A DNA stretch of 64,000 bases from NCBI GenBank assembly GCA_937625935.1, contig OW569362.1, positions 458,673 to 522,672 of the forward strand, in the 5' to 3' direction. Positions 58,133 to 64,000 of the stretch are shown here, piece after piece. Both the position numbers and the translations under genes were made by a program. Within the stretch, counting starts at the first letter, position 1, and the number at the start of each line of letters is the position of its first letter. This DNA comes from Tetramitus jugosus (lineage: Eukaryota > Protista > Heterolobosea). The notes beneath the pieces were generated by a model. It was not told the DNA's origin, did no database searches, and saw only the letters and a list, made by a program, of their open reading frames with translations.

Positions 58133-59990
58133 TACGTATGTACGTAAAAATGTAAATTTTTTACGACGACATAAAAATCGGACTTTTTACGAGTCGTAAA
58201 TATTTTGCTCCTACGTAAAAACCGTTACAGAGAGTTGGTTGACTGTTGGACCTTTTCACTCAACCGAAACCACACAACGAACCACAAAACAAAACAAAAC
58301 ACTCACTCCTCATCAACGTATATATCAAGTCAACATAACTAGTCCAACGGTACCAATAGGACCGTAAACATATCTCCAGCAGAAATAGTATCTCTCTCCT
58401 TGAATCATCCCTCAGTTGTAGCGACAAATCAACAACCTAGAACCAAGCATCTCGATCGAGGAGAGGGAACAAGGATATGGGGAGGAGACTGTAAATTTAA
58501 AGTCTATTGGCTCTACAATAACAGAAACGTTCAGTATTTGTACTGCACAGGTGTCCATTCACACAGAGATCCACCTCATCATAAAGTGTGGCCATCTGCA
58601 ACTAAGTGTATTGAAAGCTTCGTTCTCGCCAGACCAAGTATGACAGCCACCGACATCCAGATTACCGGTCGAATTGCGAACACTTGTCCCTCACTCGTTA
58701 ATATAGACAGATTGAATGCCATTCGCTCTCGCCTATTGCAGCAACATTTTGGAGGTAAATTGGACACTTTTGTGTTGCCAAAGGTGGAACTGAATTTGTT
58801 GAAAAGAGTTCAGAGTAGTTATCAAGATCAGGAGGTACATGGGACTAAAGTGGTTTTGATGCTGATGCCGTACCTCCGCGTACTACATATTGATGAAGGA
58901 ATCCTCATACACTCTCAGAGTTTCTTTCAATCAGTATTGGCATATAATGCAGACTACATTGTTGTTGATGTTAAGCATGGGGCCAATGATGAAAGATTGC
59001 ATCATTTTGGTATAGCAGTCTATGATGAGAACATTCAAAGATCAGTGATGGTATCCAGAACTCGTGTCGATCGCATGAACGCTCAGTCGTACAAGATGTA
59101 CTTCTTTCTTACTCTGGAGAGAGACTGTGGAATTGACTTGAACGTGTACCTCAAAGAACAATTGAAAGGAGTTCTTGTAGATTTCTCCACTGCTCAAGCA
59201 ACTGGTTTTGTTGAATGCGTAACTGAGCTTCTGGGTGAAGAAGCAGAGTCAACTGCTATGAACTTATTGAGGGTTGGTATGTACATTGGATGAGATCTTG
59301 TAACAGAATAGCCAGAATTGTTTGTCGTCCAGATAGAAGAACTGCATTTCTGACACTGTGCGGTAGCATTAGAACTGAGCCCGATCAAGAACAAGTGCTG
59401 TTAATGTTCAATACAATCGCAGAATTGTACAAGAAAACTGTTCCTTGGGTACAATGGTGGACCCGGTATCAGAATCTGAGACTATTGTCCAGAGCATTCA
59501 ACAATGGAGATGGTTGGGACCAGATACCAAATGATACCAACGTTGTCGAGAGTCTTAATTATGTACTTGATAAGGTGATGAACAAGAATGTAGCTATTCA
59601 ATTCTCTGGGGAATTCGATCTCGAGGAGAGGGCTTTTTTGCAGTGGAAAAATGGTTCAAGTGGTATTGATTTGTCATACAGAAACAACAGTCTTCCATCG
59701 AGACTGGAAAGTAATAGAAAGCGTAGAGAGTCCAGGTACTCTCAATTACTTAATTACTTGATTATCGTGCCCCTGATTGTTCGAGAATGGGAATTGGTAA
59801 AGGGAGGGAGAATATGAGTGCCCTGCAAAAGTTCAGAATGGCTATAATCCACAGTGAGTCATCTTCTTCACTATCCCCTTGTGAAACTGTTATTGAGTGT
59901 TCAGATCAAGATTCATGTTCATCTGATGATGACTAGAGTTCTGACAGAGTAGACTGGAAAAGATTAGAGCAAGTTCGTTCTAATACTATG
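58133..59990 (+). mobile_element. Mutator-like (MULE) DNA transposon remnant: motif-rich end plus frameshifted DDE transposase (58400-59817)
   Basis: CTGVHSH Zn-finger-like motif, IVVD (D1), VLVDFSTAQ (D2), LLR../VHWMRS across a frameshift at ~59275, and DTNVVESLN (E). CGTAAAAA/TTTTTACG motifs cluster at 58133-58224. Confidence 0.8.
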
Positions 59991-59999
59991 ATCATGTTC

Positions 60000-60312
60000 A
60001 CTCAACAGAGAGTTGAGATGATGAATGACATTTATTCAGAGTTCCTTGAGTCTGGTTCTACCTACGAGTGCAATGTGCCAAACAAAATAAAGAAAATGAT
60101 TCGATCGGCAAAAGGATACTCATTTGTCTGCTTTTGAGGCCGAGGCACCTCTAAAATCGCTGTACAATGAGACCATGTCCAACATTGCTGACACATTTAC
60201 TCGGTTCATTGATACTGCTGAATACACTCGCTACAAACTTATACGCGTTTCAACTTTTGAACTGGCCGATGTAGGTGGTCTAGGCATTGAAAACTACATG
60301 ATCAAGCTTTGA
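60000..60312 (+). pseudogene. RGS-domain 3' gene fragment
   Basis: IYSEFLESGSTYECNVPNKIKKMI / LYNETMSNIADTFTRFIDTAEY. Confidence 0.7.
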
Positions 60313-60390
60313 GTAGATGTATTTGATAAATGATGGATGCTCTTTCTTTTTTTGACGACTGGGTCATCTACATCATATTGAAGCTGTAAT

Positions 60391-61500
60391 TTACAAAATG
60401 CCAATTTGCAGGGTCATGTCGGAAGGGAAAACAATTTTCGAGGTATGAACTCTACCATAACCAGTTGCAGTAGCAACTAGATCACCAATAGATCGATACG
60501 AAACTGCTTTGAATACTGTTACTTTGGTGTTAGATGATCTCTGACAATCTGAGAATAATGATTGGATGGTTCTTGGTAGAATTGTAGTAGGATCTTTCAC
60601 ATTCACTTCAGATTCATGATCTTCTGATGCCAGATGCTTCAATACCTTGATCAGGATGCACTTGGCATCATTATAGTTGTTGCTGTTCTTCACCAAGCGT
60701 TTCATTTCTTGATGCTTTACCTCATACCTCATACAATAAACACTTGTGGTCCAAATGATCTTATAGCCTCTGTGAAGTGGAACCTATAGAATGATTTTGG
60801 ACATAAGCTTCAATCCATAGAGCTGCATGCTCATCCAGCAATCTAACTTGTCCAGATCATTTTCGGCCCATTACAATGCTACTTCCAGATATTTCAAATG
60901 CTTGACGAGTGATTTGTAATGTACACTGTCACAGATTTCATCCCAGCATGGCAAATCCGTTCATAAATAGGGCATCAAACTTGAGAGAGAATAAATTTGG
61001 CTGGAAGTGAGCTCATTAGAGCTAACACTCTTGCAGAACTTATCTGATATTCCATCTGGAACTAGTTTCTTCAAATCAAGCTCATTTAATCTATTGATAT
61101 CTGTATGAGAGAACCAGTTACCAGTGTTGATAGCATAATCAATAAATAGGCAGAGTTCTCTTTTCAATTCTCCCTCAAACTCTGTATGCATTAGATCTGG
61201 TTACACATGGAAGTTAGGTAGTTCGTGCAACACAGAAATGCCCTTGACTCCAAACATGGATGATTTATTTCTCTGAAATTCCATTTTCTATGGCTTCTAC
61301 AATGCAATCATGGTGTTCTGGGTTTCTCTTCACAAATAGAGTTCTTGTATTCTCTGTCAGATGACGATTTTGCAGATGCACAGGAAAGAGTTGCAAGAGC
61401 TGGAAGTGCAATGTCTCTCGCTATGGATTGGGAGAAACCATTTGTGTCATTGTCAAAACTAGCACATGGACAGTTCGCTGTTACTCTCCAAATCAGTAGC
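60391..61500 (-). mobile_element. CACTA/CMC-like transposase remnant
   Basis: FGVKGISVLHELPNFHV*PDLMHTEFEGELKREL and CMRYEVKHQEMKRLVKNSNNY, with stops and frameshifts. Confidence 0.7.
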
Positions 61501-62222
61501 AGAAATAAGTATCAAAGCTCTTTGCGTCATTGGTGTGCTATTCTTTGTTTCTTGTGGAAAAAACACAAAAACGGCGTGTTTCGGGCAGCAAGTTGGAATT
61601 CATTAGAGTTGCCATGCCTCAACATATGTCGGAGCTCACTGCCGCTATCGAACAACTTTAGAAAAAAATCTGACCCGAGTTGGACCGATTTCTTGACCTC
61701 CGCTCATTTTTCGTTCACTCTCCGTTCAATGAGCACCGGTCAGGTGTTCGGTCACTGACCGTTCAGCTTGGGGGGAATGTCTGACCGAACCAGGAACTGC
61801 GAGTGACCGGATGAGCTTGAACTGGCGAATGAACAATTCTTGGGCGAGGGTCCACATTGTTAGGGCTCGGCACAAATACACTCGAATTTGTTTGCAAATA
61901 ACTCCGCCAGAAACTTGTTTATTCGAAATCTGAAGGAAAAAACAGAACAAACAAATACGAGGTTAAATTCAAATCGCAAACCGGTTTGCGCAAATAAACA
62001 AATGCAATATTCAATTCTTTTTGAATCTTTTTCTTCTTAATTCTTGAGATTCATCAACCATCTGACCATTACTTCAACCGTTGGAACAACAATTGCAAAA
62101 CAAGACAACACAAATGAAAACACCATCCACAACCAGTGAAGTGATATTAATCAAAATAACGAAAAAACTCGAGAGGTCACGTACTCCGGGCATGTTGATA
62201 ACACTGCTTGGATCTATTTTAA

Positions 62223-62240
62223 GGGTTTGGGTTTGGGTTG
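62223..62240 (+). repeat. Interstitial telomeric repeat GGGTTTGGGTTTGGGTTG
   Basis: About three units in telomere orientation, ~1 kb from the true telomere. Confidence 0.75.
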
Positions 62241-62458
62241 TCACATATCGGCTAGCCAAGACTGGCTGAATACAGTCAACTGTACGTTGTAAAGGTTGTT
62301 TTTGTATTCTCCGTGGTTTGAAATGTTCAACTTAAGCTTTGTATGGAAAAACTCACTATAGATTCTGAACTATCCCCCAAACTGTGATATGGAGTTGGGT
62401 TTTGAACTCGGAAAACCCAAATCTCTATGAGCTATTGACTGATGAGTCGCGAAAAAAT

Positions 62459-62779
62459 AGGCGGAACCAGCCATTTCGGCCTAGAAAAGCTTTTTTACAG
62501 AGGAACTATCTGGTTCGGCCTAAAAGTTGGACTCACAAGCGGAACCAGCTGGTTCCGCCTAAAAGAGCTTTTTTTCAGAGGAACTATCTGGTTCCGCCTA
62601 AATTTTCGACTTTACAGAGGAACCAGCTGGTTCCGCCTAAAACTTGACTTTGTCAGTGGAACTCTCTGGTTCCGCCTGTAATATGACTTTTTCAGTGGAA
62701 CCAGCTGGTTCCACCTAAATGCACACATGTCTAAGAGGAACCAGATAGTTCCGCATAAAAAGATTTCTACAGAGGAACT
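62459..62779. repeat. 39-bp-period array with palindromic core GGAACCAGCTGGTTCC-GCCT and variable linkers (8 units plus a partial)
   Basis: GGAAC starts at 62463, 62502, 62541, 62580, 62619, 62658, 62697, 62737 and 62774. Confidence 0.93.
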
Positions 62780-63256
62780 TGGAACTGAGATCAGAAAGGT
62801 TCGAACATCTGAAGGAAGATACATTGTGACAGAGACGGTTGAACTGCAAGATTGAAGTCCTTCATAAATTGTTTGTAATGCTTAGTCGGTGAATACAATA
62901 GCCTGATGAATGCATTCTCGACTGGGAATGACATTGTCCAGTAACCGAAACGTGGGAAAGGAAAAGACTAAGGACACGGCAGGAAATATTTTGTAACAAA
63001 GAATGATGAAGGAACTTAAACTCCTTTGATGAAGGTTCAACATGGATGAAGGAGTGTTGTTAGGATTACAATGAGAGTTTTGACATCGAGTGCAGAGATG
63101 CATGGAGCGAAAGATTGAGTGAGATGAAGTTGTAACACGTGTTAGGAAGAAGTATCAAGGAAGTGAGAACAAGATTACAATGGTGGACATTGTATTCCTG
63201 CATAAAAATTGATTTTCAGATGATTTTGTGATTTTGATGAGAAAATAGATTTTGAC

Positions 63257-64000
63257 TTGGGTTTGGGTTTGGGTTTGGGTTTGGGTTTGGGTTTGGGTTT
63301 GGGTTTGGGTTTGGGTTTGGGTTTGGGTTTGGGTTTGGGTTTGGGTTTGGGTTTGGGTTTGGGTTTGGGTTTGGGTTTGGGTTTGGGTTTGGGTTTGGGT
63401 TTGGGTTTGGGTTTGGGTTTGGGTTTGGGTTTGGGTTTGGGTTTGGGTTTGGGTTTGGGTTTGGGTTTGGGTTTGGGTTTGGGTTTGGGTTTGGGTTTGG
63501 GTTTGGGTTTGGGTTTGGGTTTGGGTTTGGGTTTGGGTTTGGGTTTGGGTTTGGGTTTGGGTTTGGGTTTGGGTTTGGGTTTGGGTTTGGGTTTGGGTTT
63601 GGGTTTGGGTTTGGGTTTGGGTTTGGGTTTGGGTTTGGGTTTGGGTTTGGGTTTGGGTTTGGGTTTGGGTTTGGGTTTGGGTTTGGGTTTGGGTTTGGGT
63701 TTGGGTTTGGGTTTGGGTTTGGGTTTGGGTTTGGGTTTGGGTTTGGGTTTGGGTTTGGGTTTGGGTTTGGGTTTGGGTTTGGGTTTGGGTTTGGGTTTGG
63801 GTTTGGGTTTGGGTTTGGGTTTGGGTTTGGGTTTGGGTTTGGGTTTGGGTTTGGGTTTGGGTTTGGGTTTGGGTTTGGGTTTGGGTTTGGGTTTGGGTTT
63901 GGGTTTGGGTTTGGGTTTGGGTTTGGGTTTGGGTTTGGGTTTGGGTTTGGGTTTGGGTTTGGGTTTGGGGTTTGGGGTTGGGGTTTGGGTTTGGGTTTGG
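63257..64000 (+). repeat. Telomere (TTTGGG)n
   Basis: ~740 bp of near-perfect TTTGGG running to the window end, with a few G4 variants after 63961. Confidence 0.99.

Noticed and set aside
59277-59294. GTATGT as an intron donor repairing the MULE frameshift
   Set aside because: The nearest AG gives an 18-nt (3n) intron that does not fix the frame and removes the conserved His.
62459-62779. Bona fide CRISPR array, or a 13-aa repeat protein (ORFs 62384-62647, 62442-62681)
   Set aside because: Eukaryotic context, no cas genes, and linkers under 20 bp that resemble each other. The ORFs are by-products of a 3n period and start at non-ATG or weak codons.

Overview
Right-hand chromosome end of a gene-dense unicellular eukaryote. 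It uses the standard genetic code, has short GT-AG introns, and ends in a (TTTGGG)n telomere from 63257. Gene content and style (RWP-RK, RGS, PAS, F-box/LRR, poly-N/Q/S tracts) suggest a heterolobosean or other amoeboid protist; this is inference. Zone 1 (1-44.3 kb) is a compact core of intact genes: Rab7, HRD1/gp78-like RING E3, TRIM-like E3, TALE homeobox, two tandem Cys-rich surface proteins, FAN-type BEACH-WD40, a TPX2-motif protein, hyccin, a PAS protein, a Gly-rich protein, eIF2-alpha, ankyrin, SENP/Ulp protease, VAMP7, TTI1, a PB1-UBA autophagy receptor, metaxin and a TerD-like/C2 protein. Zone 2 (44.4-50 kb) holds accessory genes, including a secreted, bacterial-looking CHAP/NlpC-type hydrolase with peptidoglycan-binding repeats, F-box/LRR genes and a secreted Cys-rich PLA2-motif protein. 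Zone 3 (50-63.2 kb) is a subtelomeric patchwork of pseudogenes (two cathepsin B halves, an FkbM methyltransferase, RGS) and remnants of three DNA-transposon types (P-like, Mutator-like, CACTA-like). It also contains one intact RWP-RK gene, interstitial telomeric seeds and a 39-bp-period array of palindromic repeats just inside the telomere. All calls come from manual motif recognition; no searches were run.
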